Part shown: positions 9,736 through 19,440 of the stretch, in pieces
Position numbering within the stretch: position 1 is the first letter of the stretch
Layout of the letters: each line of letters opens with the position of its first letter
Assembly: GCA_049591535.1 (NCBI GenBank)
Contig: JBAWFC010000076.1
Span: forward strand, 44,929 to 108,928
DNA length: 64,000 nucleotides
Source: Thermoplasmata archaeon
GTDB lineage: Archaea; Thermoplasmatota; Thermoplasmata; Lutacidiplasmatales; UBA184
Direction: 5' to 3'
Notes under the pieces: model-generated
The model's database searches: none
Seen by the model: the letters and a program-made list of their open reading frames with translations, nothing else
What the model was told of the DNA's origin: nothing
Made by a program: the position numbers and the translations under genes

Positions 9736-9941
9736 CCGGAACCCGGGGCGTGCAGCGCCCCCGGGAACTTCAAGCATTCGCGGCGACCCGTGGGCTCCGG
9801 TCCGTACCGCCCGAGGTGGCCCGGACGGGGGGATGACACCGGAAATCACCTCTTCCGGATGGTATTAATAGCCGGGCGAACTCCGCGTGCTAAGCCCTGA
9901 CTCGGCCCCCCGGGCTCAGGGCGAAGTCGGGGGAATCAGGA

Positions 9942-11600
9942 GTGACCGCGGCGACGAACACCGAGTCTGCAGGGGCCGTAGTGAACCTACCCGCGGAGGC
10001 CGACCTCCCGTCCACGGGCAATCCGGAGCTCTACGTCCGTCGGTCGTCCGGCCTGGTTCGGACCGTCGGTCCCCGCACGGCGCTCTTTGCCAATCTGGTC
10101 GCGATGGGTATCATCGTGAACTACTTCTGGATCGTCTACGCCTCGTACGGATACCCCAACGCGAACCTGATCACGACGGTCGCGATCGGGGTTCTGATCA
10201 ACGTCGGCGTCGGCTACGTTTACTGGATGCTTTCGAGCGCGATGCCCCGTTCGGGCGGAGACTACGTCTTCATGGGGCGGATCTTCCACCCGAGCATCGG
10301 ACTCGGAACCAACCTCCTCTTCTCGGTCGTCTTCATCTCGTGGGCGGGGTTGTTCAGCTACTACGTAGCCGCTGTCGGTCTTCCGATGATGCTCGCGAGC
10401 TACTCGGTTGCCGGCGGGGGAGCCCAGGCCCTCAACCAAGCGGCTTGGTTCACGGCGAGCGATATTAACACGTTCCTGGTCGGCGCACTGGTACTCCTCC
10501 TGGTGCTGCTGATCAGCCTGCTTCCGACGAAGTGGGTTTTCCGGGCGACCCTCGGCATCTTCGCGGTGACCGCGATCATCTACGTCGTCATGCTCGCGCT
10601 CCTGCTCACGACCAGCCAGGCGACGTTCGCCGCGCACTGGAACGCAGCCAACCCCGCGTCGCAGAGCTATGCCACGATCGCGGCGAGCGGGTCCAGCATC
10701 GATGCGATCACCCTCGGCGGTACGTTCTTGGGCATCGTGTACACGATGCTGAGCTTCATCGGCTACGCGAACAGCTCCTACTTCGCGGGGGAGATCCGCG
10801 GAAGCCCGACCCGAACGCAGGGTCTCGCGATCTTCGGTGCGCCGATCATCTTCGCGGCACTCATCGGCGCGCTGTACGCGGCGACGTACTACACCTTCGG
10901 GCGGGACTTTATCGTCGGCGTGAGCGGTGGATACCTCGGCGGCACCGTGACGCTGTCCGCCCTCCCGTCGCCGCTCTTTCTCGCCGCGTACCTAACGACC
11001 AGCCCGGTCCTCGCGGCGTTCCTCACCTTCGGTCTCGTCCTGACGTTCTTCGGGTTCGCCTTCATTTACTTCATCATCCCAACGCGAAACCTCTTCGCGT
11101 GGTCGTTCGACCGGATCCTCCCCGGGTTCTTTACGCGCGTTTCGAAGGGCGGTGTACCTTGGGTGGCGGTGGTCACGCTGTTCTTCGCCGCGGTCATCTC
11201 CCTCTACGTCGCGGTCTACACGACCCTGTTTGACTACCTCACGTATTCGAACTTCGGGTTCTGGATCGCGGTCGGGATCGTCTGCCTGGGCGGTGCCCTG
11301 TTCCCCTTCCTTCGGCCAAAGCTCTATGCGCAGGCCCCCCGGATCGTGCGGGCTAGGATTGGACCGGTTCCGATCATCACGATCGTCGGGATCGCCTCCT
11401 GGATCGGTTCCTGGTTCGTCAGCTACGCCGCGTCGACGATCCAGTACCTCGAGATCACGGGCCCGTACCCCTACTCGTACCTGCTCTTCCTGCCGATCGT
11501 CTTCGTGATCGGGGTCGTGCTCTACTTCGTCTCCTACGCGATCCAGAAGGCTCGGGGCGTGCCGGTCGAGCTGATCAGCAAGGAACTTCCCCCGGACTGA
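9942..11600 (+). CDS. APC-superfamily amino acid permease
   Basis: 552 aa, at least 12 predicted TM helices. GTG start. APC-like N-terminus. Confidence 0.85.
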   Translation: MTAATNTESAGAVVNLPAEADLPSTGNPELYVRRSSGLVRTVGPRTALFANLVAMGIIVNYFWIVYASYGYPNANLITTVAIGVLINVGVGYVYWMLSSAMPRSGGDYVFMGRIFHPSIGLGTNLLFSVVFISWAGLFSYYVAAVGLPMMLASYSVAGGGAQALNQAAWFTASDINTFLVGALVLLLVLLISLLPTKWVFRATLGIFAVTAIIYVVMLALLLTTSQATFAAHWNAANPASQSYATIAASGSSIDAITLGGTFLGIVYTMLSFIGYANSSYFAGEIRGSPTRTQGLAIFGAPIIFAALIGALYAATYYTFGRDFIVGVSGGYLGGTVTLSALPSPLFLAAYLTTSPVLAAFLTFGLVLTFFGFAFIYFIIPTRNLFAWSFDRILPGFFTRVSKGGVPWVAVVTLFFAAVISLYVAVYTTLFDYLTYSNFGFWIAVGIVCLGGALFPFLRPKLYAQAPRIVRARIGPVPIITIVGIASWIGSWFVSYAASTIQYLEITGPYPYSYLLFLPIVFVIGVVLYFVSYAIQKARGVPVELISKELPPD

Positions 11601-11628
11601 GCCGGGGTTCCGGGCGACCGGTCCGCTT

Positions 11629-12687
11629 TTGGCCCCCCACGCCTCGGCGGACGACGTGGGCCAGATAGTAGACCTCCTGATCGACCCGCGCCGGGGGGAG
11701 CGGGTCTCGATCGAGATCCCGATTGCCTTCCGGACTCCGCTCGAACAGGCTCGCCGCGAGCTCGGTCTTCCCGACTGGGTCGACCTCTCCGACCCGATCG
11801 TGGCGAGGGGCGTGGCCCTGCTCGCCGCAGTGCGGCGCGCCGACCCGCCGTTCCATCTCGCCGTGTTGGGCGGGGTCGCGCACCGGATCCGGTGCCTCGC
11901 GAGCAACCGGACCGACCTCGGACTCCGCCGACCGCTGCACGACCTCGACATCGCGTGTCTGCACAAGGAGCTGCCGGCGCTGCGCGCGTTCCTTGCAACC
12001 CTCGCCGGACGGGAGGGGAGCGGACTCCAGTTCTTCGAGAGCGCGGGCGACCGGATTTTCAATTCGCTGGGCGAAGGACGGAGGATCCGGCTGCACATGG
12101 CGCTGGACCAGCGGGGCGACGACGTCGGCCTGGGTACCGTGGACGTCCTCGCCGACGAGTTTCGGTTCTGCCACCGGTTCGACCTCCGGGCGGACATCCT
12201 CGCTGCTTCGTCTCAGAGCGGTACCCTGACGCCCGCGCTCCTCCTCCTCACGAAGCTCCAGTTCATCCAGCAGGTTCCCGGCGAGGACCGGGCGAAGGTC
12301 TCCGAACGGGTGCTCGAGTCCTACGGCCGCCACGACGTTCTGATCGGGCCGGAATCGAAGGATGTGCGCGACATCCTCGCCCTCCTCCTCGACCATCCGG
12401 TGGCCGAGACCTCGGAGGGGATCTCCCCGTCCCGGATCTCGGAGGAGGTCTCCGCCGACTGGGGCCTCTGGAAGACGGCCCGCCTCAACCTCGACATGGT
12501 GGTGCGCTCCGTGATCCTGCGCGACCTTCCCGAGGGTCCCCGGACCCAGATCCAAGGCCGTCTCGACTCACTGCGGCAGCTCCTTTCGGGCGTGACCCCC
12601 ACGCGACGCTTCGCCTTTCTCGGGGGACCCTGGTGGGAAGAGGTCGACGCCCAACCCTCGGTCGACGGGACGGCCTCGCTCGGCTGA
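11629..12687 (+). CDS. Hypothetical protein, possibly with a nucleotidyltransferase-like GG...DLD motif
   Basis: 352 aa soluble protein. The LGGVAHR...(x20)...HDLDIACL arrangement loosely resembles pol-beta NTase signatures. No confident family assignment. Confidence 0.45.
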   Translation: MAPHASADDVGQIVDLLIDPRRGERVSIEIPIAFRTPLEQARRELGLPDWVDLSDPIVARGVALLAAVRRADPPFHLAVLGGVAHRIRCLASNRTDLGLRRPLHDLDIACLHKELPALRAFLATLAGREGSGLQFFESAGDRIFNSLGEGRRIRLHMALDQRGDDVGLGTVDVLADEFRFCHRFDLRADILAASSQSGTLTPALLLLTKLQFIQQVPGEDRAKVSERVLESYGRHDVLIGPESKDVRDILALLLDHPVAETSEGISPSRISEEVSADWGLWKTARLNLDMVVRSVILRDLPEGPRTQIQGRLDSLRQLLSGVTPTRRFAFLGGPWWEEVDAQPSVDGTASLG

Positions 12688-12700
12688 ACCCGGGCCGGCC

Positions 12701-13795
12701 CTATCCCGAGGTCAGCACCGCGGAACGCACCTCGTTCCCGATGAGGTCGACCAGGGCTCCGAGCAGCGCCCCTTCGGTGTACGCGCTCCCGCAATTCATG
12801 GAGAGGGTGCGACCGAAACGGGCCGTAGCCCGCGACTCGTGGATGTGGCCGTGGAGGCCCAGCAACGGGTGGTGGCGTTCGAGGGCGGCGCGGACCGAGG
12901 TGCTTCCGACGTGAACGAGCTCATGCTCTCCTCCGGGGGCCATGACCTTGGTCAGACTCCCGTCCAGCCGGGGTGCGAGGTCGAGGGGGGTGCCGTACGG
13001 GGGAACGTGGATGTTGAACACGGCCGAGTCGGGTCGCTCGAGCTTGGCCACGGTGTCCTCGAGGTGACGGGCGATCTCCTCCTCGGAGAGCTCGCGATGG
13101 GTCTTCCACGGTGTCGGGTTGCTGTAGGGCAGTGTGAGGAGCTCGTGCTCGTCGTCCAGACGCAGGACGTCTCGGTCGGTCAGCTCTGCGAGATCGTCCT
13201 CGTCGATCACCCGCTCGAGAGAGGTCAGGTCGTCGTTGCCGAGTCCGACACACAGGCGGGTCGGGTCCGAACCGATCCTGCTCCGGGCCCAGCCGAGCCA
13301 CCGCCGCATCTCCTCCGACGCGAGTCGTTCGAACACGCCGTCCATGCGCCCGGGCGTTGCGCGGAACTCCTGCCACTCCGCGGCCGTGGTCCGGAACGGG
13401 ACCGTCGCGGAGTCCCGCAGGGAGTCCTCCAGCTTGTCGAGCTCGCTGAGGGATGTCGCCGTGCGGCGTTGCCCCTCGACCGAGGCCACCCAGCCCCCGT
13501 TCTCCTCGAGGATGGGGGTGAGGGTCTTCGCGGCGATGTCCCCGCCGACCAACAGAACGTCCGCGCGATAGACCTTCGCGGCGTTGATGAACTTCCGCCA
13601 GCAGATCGCCGACCCGTGCAGATCGGCAACGAAGAAAATGCGGGTCGGCTTCGCCAAGAGTGATTCCCAGCGGGGCTGCCCAGTCTCGGGGTCCCCAAAA
13701 GGGTACCGGGGTGCCGAGCGCGTGCGAGCCCGGAGGGATCGCCCTCCGGGTCCGAGAAAAGGTTGGTTTCGGGCGAGATCGGCGGAGGAGTTCAA
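12701..13795 (-). CDS. Metallophosphoesterase (calcineurin-like phosphoesterase)
   Basis: Motifs [20 protein letters not shown]. 4-nt overlap with the upstream thermosome gene. Confidence 0.75.
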   Translation of the reverse strand: MNSSADLARNQPFLGPGGRSLRARTRSAPRYPFGDPETGQPRWESLLAKPTRIFFVADLHGSAICWRKFINAAKVYRADVLLVGGDIAAKTLTPILEENGGWVASVEGQRRTATSLSELDKLEDSLRDSATVPFRTTAAEWQEFRATPGRMDGVFERLASEEMRRWLGWARSRIGSDPTRLCVGLGNDDLTSLERVIDEDDLAELTDRDVLRLDDEHELLTLPYSNPTPWKTHRELSEEEIARHLEDTVAKLERPDSAVFNIHVPPYGTPLDLAPRLDGSLTKVMAPGGEHELVHVGSTSVRAALERHHPLLGLHGHIHESRATARFGRTLSMNCGSAYTEGALLGALVDLIGNEVRSAVLTSG

Positions 13796-15465
13796 TCCTC
13801 GCCGAAGTCCCCGCCGCCCATTCCGCCCATGCCACCCATGCCGCCCATGCCTCCGGGGCCGCCCGGGCCACCGCCGCCGGGCGCAGGGCCGGACTTGGAC
13901 GCGATGACGTCGTCGATCCGCAGGATCATGACCGCGGCGTCGGTAGCGCTCTCGATCGCCTGGCGGCCCACGCGGATCGGCTCGATCACGTGCTGCTGGC
14001 TCATATCATCGACCTTTCCGGCGAGCACGTTGACGCCCGAGGTCTTGTGGCCGCCCTTGTGCGCCTTGCGCAGCTCGATCAGGATGTCGATGGGGTCGAG
14101 ACCGGCATTCTCCGCGAGCGTGCGCGGGATCGTCTCGAGCGCCTCGGCAAAGCTCTCGAACGCGATCTGCTCGCGCCCGCCGATCTTCGCCGCCTCGTCC
14201 CGAAGCTGGAGGGCGAGCTCGGAAGCGGTCGCGCCGCCCCCGTACACGTATCGTCCGTCCTCGACGGCGACCGCGACCACGTTGAGGGCGTCGTCGAGCG
14301 ACCGCTCGATCTCGTCCAGGACGTGCTCGGTCCCGCCGCGCATGAGGATCGACACCGCACGGGCCTTCTTCGCGCCCGTCACGAACGTGAGCGCGTCGTC
14401 CCCGATCTTGCGCTCTTCGACGAGACCGGCGGTCCCGACGTCCTGCGCCGTGAGCTCGCTGACCTTCGAGACGATGTTCGCCCCGGTGGCCTTCGCGAGC
14501 TTCTCCATGTCGGACTTCTTGACGCGGCGAACCGCGTAGATTCCTTCCTTCGCAAGGTAGTGCTGGGCCAGGTCGTCGATCCCCTTCTGGCAGAGCACGA
14601 CGTTCGCTCCGGACTTCTTGACCTGGTCGACCATCCGGTGCAGCATGTTCTCCTCCTCCTGGAGGAACGCGTTCAGCTGCGACGGGTCGTTGATCTCGAT
14701 CTTGGCGTCAATCTCGGTCTTCTTGATCTCGAGCGCCGCGTCGAGGAGGGCGATCTTCGGGTCCTCGACCCGCGCCGGCATCCCCGAGTGGACCTTCTCC
14801 TTGTCGACGATGACGCCCTCGATGAGCGAGGTGTCCGAGATCTGGCCGCCCTGCTTCTTGATCAGCTGGATGTTGTCGAGGTCCACGTAGTGGCCCTCGC
14901 CCTTCTTCTCCGCGACCGCCACCACCGCCTTGACTGCGATCTCGCCCAGCGCGTCCCGGTTGAACGAGACGGACTTTGACGCCATCGAGGTGATGGCGAT
15001 CCGCAGCAGCGTGTCGTGGTCGCTCATCGCGACCGGCTGGCTGATCTGGTTCAGGATCTGGAGCGCCTTCGAGGACGCGAGGCGGTACCCCTGAGAGATG
15101 ATCGTCGGATGGATGTTCTGGTCGATGAGGGTCTCCGCGCGCTTGAGCAGTTCGCCGGCCAGGACCACCGCGGTAGTCGTTCCATCGCCGGCTTCCTGGT
15201 CCTGGGTCTTTGCGACCTCGACGAGCATCTTTGCGGCCGGGTGCTCGACGTCCATCTCCTTCAGAATGGTGACCCCATCGTTCGTGACGACAACGTCGCC
15301 CATCGAGTCGACGAGCATCTTGTCGAGTCCTCGCGGGCCAAGCGTTGACCGGACTGCGTCGGCGATCGCTTTCGCGGCCTGGATGTTGTTGTTGAGCGCT
15401 CCGCGCCCCTTTTCCCGCTTCGTCCCTTCGCGCAGCACCAGAATCGGCGTGTTTCCTGCCATCAT
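13792..15465 (-). CDS. ths: Thermosome subunit (group II chaperonin)
   Basis: 557 aa. Canonical TCP-1/thermosome blocks ([12 protein letters not shown]..., GDGTTT...) and a C-terminal GGMGGMGGM repeat tail. Confidence 0.95.
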   Translation of the reverse strand: MMAGNTPILVLREGTKREKGRGALNNNIQAAKAIADAVRSTLGPRGLDKMLVDSMGDVVVTNDGVTILKEMDVEHPAAKMLVEVAKTQDQEAGDGTTTAVVLAGELLKRAETLIDQNIHPTIISQGYRLASSKALQILNQISQPVAMSDHDTLLRIAITSMASKSVSFNRDALGEIAVKAVVAVAEKKGEGHYVDLDNIQLIKKQGGQISDTSLIEGVIVDKEKVHSGMPARVEDPKIALLDAALEIKKTEIDAKIEINDPSQLNAFLQEEENMLHRMVDQVKKSGANVVLCQKGIDDLAQHYLAKEGIYAVRRVKKSDMEKLAKATGANIVSKVSELTAQDVGTAGLVEERKIGDDALTFVTGAKKARAVSILMRGGTEHVLDEIERSLDDALNVVAVAVEDGRYVYGGGATASELALQLRDEAAKIGGREQIAFESFAEALETIPRTLAENAGLDPIDILIELRKAHKGGHKTSGVNVLAGKVDDMSQQHVIEPIRVGRQAIESATDAAVMILRIDDVIASKSGPAPGGGGPGGPGGMGGMGGMGGMGGGDFGED

Positions 15466-15518
15466 GTTCTTTTCACCGAGATTACTCTCGGCTGTCGGGT
15501 TGAGTGAGTCAGCCCTTC

Positions 15519-15526
15519 TATTTAAT
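15519..15526 (-). promoter_or_regulatory. Putative archaeal TATA box (minus strand ATTAAATA) about 55 nt upstream of the thermosome ATG
   Basis: AT-rich octamer in an otherwise GC-rich intergenic region, oriented for the minus-strand thermosome gene. Confidence 0.35.
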
Positions 15527-15903
15527 GGTGTCTCGGCCGTACCGGATTCGTGGTGTACGGAAATTAGTTCCGCTTCGCGCTCGGGACGGAGGGGCAGAGG
15601 GAGGGTCCCGGCCCGTCTTATTCACGCCTTGAGTTGGGCGCCCGCGATCGGGTCTACCCCGATGGGCGCAAGGGGGCACGGGCCGCCGACCCGGAGCGAC
15701 CCACCGGGTCTCCAAACGACCCTCCGTCGGTCGAGCGCGGGGCTCCGCGGCGTCGGACTCGAGGTGTCCTTTCCCGATCCCGACCGGCGCCGTCATGGGC
15801 GATGGACCGGCGCCGAATGGGACCGGGAAGGGAGATCTCTCGACCGACGAGCTCGATTCTGCCTTCCTATCAGGAACAAATAGGGCCGTCCCGATTGTCG
15901 CGC

Positions 15904-18900
15904 ATGTTGGCCCGCCCCCGGAAGGCGCGACCGGCGACGCGGTTCACCGTCTGGGTGCTCGTCGTCCTGGCCTCCGCGCTGCCCGTCGCCGGGTTCGCCG
16001 CCGGGGCCACGGGTTCACTCGCCGCTCCCTTGCTGGCCCACGATGGTCCTCGGAACGCGACTACCCCCCCGGTCTCAGCGGACGTCCTCTCTCCGCCGAG
16101 CTTGCCGGTGGCGGCCGTTCCCGGCTCGGCCGCTTCGACGCCCTCCCCGCTTCTCACCGCCCCCGATTCGCCAGCCCAGAGCGCGCCGGTTTGGGAATCG
16201 GGTAGCGTCACTACCACGGTCGCCATGGGACCGCCCGACCGTGGCCAGCCCGAGGGAGTGGTGTACGATGGCGGCAACGGCGACGTCTACGTGGTCGGCG
16301 GTAGCCCCGGTTCGGTCACGGTCGTTGACTCCGCGACGAACGCGGTGGTTGCCACGGTCCCCGTAGGCCCGGCACCGGCGGACGCCGCGGTCGATACCGC
16401 GAACGGAGACCTTTACATCACGGTCTCGGGCCAAGACCAGGTCCGAGTCATCGACGGGACGACGAACCAGGCCCTGGGAGCGATCCCGGTGGGAGGGACC
16501 CCCCTCGGCACCGCCTTCGACCCGGCGGACGGAGAGATCTACGTCTCGAACTCCGCGACGGGAAACGTGAGCGTCATCGACGGCGGAACCGACACGGTCG
16601 TCGGAACGGTGACGGTCGGAAGTGAGCCGACGGCGGTGACGTACGACGGCGCGAACGGCGACCTCTACGTGACCGACAACGGGAGCGGGGCGGTGTCCGT
16701 GATCCGGGGGTCGACGAACACGGTCGTCGCGACGATCGGGGTGGGAAGCGGGCCCGCGGGGGCGACCTTCGACAGCGGGAACGGTAACGTGTACGTCGCG
16801 AACCAGGGCTCCGACTCCGTGAGCGTGATCCGCGCCTCGAATAACTCGGTCGCCGCGACGGTTTCGGGATTCTCCGGACCGCAAGCGGTGGCCTGCGATG
16901 TCGGGAACGGAGACGTCTACGTGACGGACGAGGATTCAAACACGGTCGGGGTCATCGGTGGCTCGACCAACAGCCTCGTCGCGACGGTGCCCGTGGGAGC
17001 GGGCCCGGACGGAGCGGCGTATGCTGGCTCCACCGGGGACGTCTACATCGCAAATCAGGGCGCCGCGAGCCTGAGCGTCATCTCAACGCTGCTGATGATG
17101 GGCGGGATTACCCCGTACCTCCGTGGAGTGGGCAGCCTTGGAGTCGCCGCCCCTGCGATCCCGGTCGGGGAGTCTCCGAACAGCGCGGTGTACGAGGGCG
17201 CGAACGGGAACGTCTACGTGACGGACAACCGCTCGGACTCGGTGAGCGTGATCAACGCGAGCACGGATTCCGTGGTAGCGACGGTCCCGGTGGGCGGGGC
17301 TCCGGAAGGCGTGGCGTACGATGGCGAGGACGGGGACCTCTACGTCGCGAACACCGCGACCGACAATGTCAGCGTGATCAGCGCCGCCACCAACAGGGTC
17401 GTCGCGACGATCCCCGTGGGAGAGGAGCCGTCGTCGGATGCGTACGATGCGGGCGACGGTGACGTGTACGTGACGAACGTGCAAACGAACAACGTGACCG
17501 TCATCGACGGCACGACGAACACCGTCGCGGGGTCCGTACCCGTCGGGAACGCTCCCGATGGGAGCGCCTACGACAGTGCCAACGGGGAAGTGTTCGTGGT
17601 CAACCGGGGGTCGTCCACGGTGAGCATCATCGACGGCGCGACGAACACGGTGGGGGCCACGCTTCCCGTCGGGGCGTCAGCGGAAGGCGCGGCCTTCGAC
17701 TTCGCGAACGGTGACGTCTACATCTCGAACTTCGGCTCGGACAACGTGAGCCTCATCGACGGTACGACGAACACGATCGTCGGTGCGATTCCCGTGGGCT
17801 CTCATCCCCTGCGCGAGGTCTGGGACAGCGCGAACGGCGACGTCTTCGTCACCAACTCCGGGTCGGACAACGTGAGCGTGATCGACGGAACCTCCAATGC
17901 CGTTGTCGCCTCGCTCAGCTCGGGACCGGACCCGACCGCGGTGGCCTACGCGAGCGACCACGGGGACCTCCTCATCGCCGACAGTGGACAGAGCGACGTC
18001 TCGGACATTCCGACGCTCACCGACTCCACCTCTCCCTCGAGCCCCCTCCTCGACGTCGGCCAGAGCCTGCTGGTGGGCGCCCCGCTGGGGGGCGCGGGGA
18101 CGGGACGGCTCGAAGTCACCCTGACCTCGAGCGACTCGGCCGCGCTGCGCTGCGCGCCCAACCCTCTGGATGCGAACGGGGTCTCGGGGGCGTGCTTCGG
18201 GAACCTCACCGGGAACTACACGCTCACTCTGGCGCTGACCGACTCCGACGGCAACACGGTCGTCTCGTCGCTCGGGATCTCGGTCGTTTCGGACCCGACC
18301 GTGTCCCGGGTCACCGCCTCGCCCCCCGCCCTCGACGTCGGACAGACCACCAGCCTGAGCGCCGCGGCCATCGGAGGGAGTGCCGGTTTCAGCTACGCAT
18401 GGAGCGGTCTTCCGGTCGGTTGTATCGACAGCGACGCTCCGACGCTCGTGTGTACCCCCACGGTAGCGGCTTCGGATTCGGTATACGTCACGGTGACGGA
18501 CTCGGACGGGTTCGCGCTCGCGTCGGCAGCGACCCCGCTCCTGGTCAGCGTCGACCCGGCCGTCGAAGCCGTCATCGCCCTGCCTCCCGCGGTGGACATC
18601 GACCAGCCCGTGGTCTTCGTGGCGAAGCTCGCCGACACCGGCAGCGGGACGGCCGCCACCGACAATTATTCGTGGGCCGGGCTGCCGGTCAACTGCCAAA
18701 GCGAGGACGCTCTCCGGTTGACGTGCCTGCCGGGCGCGGCCGGAACCTATTCGGTGGTCTTCGGTGTGAGCGACCCGAACGGCTGGAACGTCACCTCCGC
18801 CGCGGTGACGCTCGTCGTCTCGCCGGACCTCGAACTGAACGACGTCGCCGCGAGCCTGGCCACGATCACGGTCGGGCAGACGGTGATTTTCACGGCGAGC

Positions 18901-19338
18901 GTAACGGGGGGGACGGGAGCCTACTACTTCGTGTGGACCGGCCTCCCCTCCGGCTGCACGAGCGCCAACACCCCCGCGCTGGCCTGCACCCCGAACGGGA
19001 CGGCCGGGTCCCCGTTCTCCGTGACGGTTACGGTCGCGGATTCGGACGGTGCCTCCGTGTCGGCGAGCTCGCCTCTGGTCTCCGTGACGCGTACGGGCCC
19101 GGGCTCTGGGGGTTCGCCGCCCATTGCCGGGGTCACGTCGTCGGACTGGATTGCGATCAGTCTCGGGCTTGTCGCCCTCGTCCTCTCGCTCGTGGCGATC
19201 GCCTTTTCGGAACGACGGTCCCCAGGTTCCGGGGAGCTGCCTGCCCCGGGTTTCCCTCCCGAGGCCAGTCCCACGGAATGGGAGCCGACCGGGCGGGAGG
19301 GGACCGACCCGGGGCCGGGTCAGCCTCCGCCGCCTTGA
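15904..19338 (+). CDS. Cell-surface protein: signal peptide, 14 YVTN-type beta-propeller repeats (two seven-blade propellers), four Ig-like (PKD-like) domains, C-terminal TM anchor
   Basis: ATG at 15904 gives MLARPRKARPATRFTVWVLVVLASALPVAGFAAG. About 40-aa repeats of NGDVYVxNxGSxxVSVIDxxTNxVVATIPVG. Four repeats of about 95 aa with paired Cys. Then WIAISLGLVALVLSLVAIAF followed by a charged tail. Many N-x-S/T sequons. Confidence 0.85.
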   Translation: MLARPRKARPATRFTVWVLVVLASALPVAGFAAGATGSLAAPLLAHDGPRNATTPPVSADVLSPPSLPVAAVPGSAASTPSPLLTAPDSPAQSAPVWESGSVTTTVAMGPPDRGQPEGVVYDGGNGDVYVVGGSPGSVTVVDSATNAVVATVPVGPAPADAAVDTANGDLYITVSGQDQVRVIDGTTNQALGAIPVGGTPLGTAFDPADGEIYVSNSATGNVSVIDGGTDTVVGTVTVGSEPTAVTYDGANGDLYVTDNGSGAVSVIRGSTNTVVATIGVGSGPAGATFDSGNGNVYVANQGSDSVSVIRASNNSVAATVSGFSGPQAVACDVGNGDVYVTDEDSNTVGVIGGSTNSLVATVPVGAGPDGAAYAGSTGDVYIANQGAASLSVISTLLMMGGITPYLRGVGSLGVAAPAIPVGESPNSAVYEGANGNVYVTDNRSDSVSVINASTDSVVATVPVGGAPEGVAYDGEDGDLYVANTATDNVSVISAATNRVVATIPVGEEPSSDAYDAGDGDVYVTNVQTNNVTVIDGTTNTVAGSVPVGNAPDGSAYDSANGEVFVVNRGSSTVSIIDGATNTVGATLPVGASAEGAAFDFANGDVYISNFGSDNVSLIDGTTNTIVGAIPVGSHPLREVWDSANGDVFVTNSGSDNVSVIDGTSNAVVASLSSGPDPTAVAYASDHGDLLIADSGQSDVSDIPTLTDSTSPSSPLLDVGQSLLVGAPLGGAGTGRLEVTLTSSDSAALRCAPNPLDANGVSGACFGNLTGNYTLTLALTDSDGNTVVSSLGISVVSDPTVSRVTASPPALDVGQTTSLSAAAIGGSAGFSYAWSGLPVGCIDSDAPTLVCTPTVAASDSVYVTVTDSDGFALASAATPLLVSVDPAVEAVIALPPAVDIDQPVVFVAKLADTGSGTAATDNYSWAGLPVNCQSEDALRLTCLPGAAGTYSVVFGVSDPNGWNVTSAAVTLVVSPDLELNDVAASLATITVGQTVIFTASVTGGTGAYYFVWTGLPSGCTSANTPALACTPNGTAGSPFSVTVTVADSDGASVSASSPLVSVTRTGPGSGGSPPIAGVTSSDWIAISLGLVALVLSLVAIAFSERRSPGSGELPAPGFPPEASPTEWEPTGREGTDPGPGQPPPP

Positions 19339-19440
19339 ACGTGCGCACGATCGGTAGGTCGGCCTCACCGGCCATCCGTCCGAGACTCGCCGTCCCCCCC
19401 GCCTCATAAGCGAGGTCGGAATCGGGAGGGGATAGGGGGA

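Noticed and set aside
13763-14539. 258-aa plus ORF with a [14 protein letters not shown] run
   Set aside because: Antisense translation of the thermosome gene, including its GGM repeat tail.
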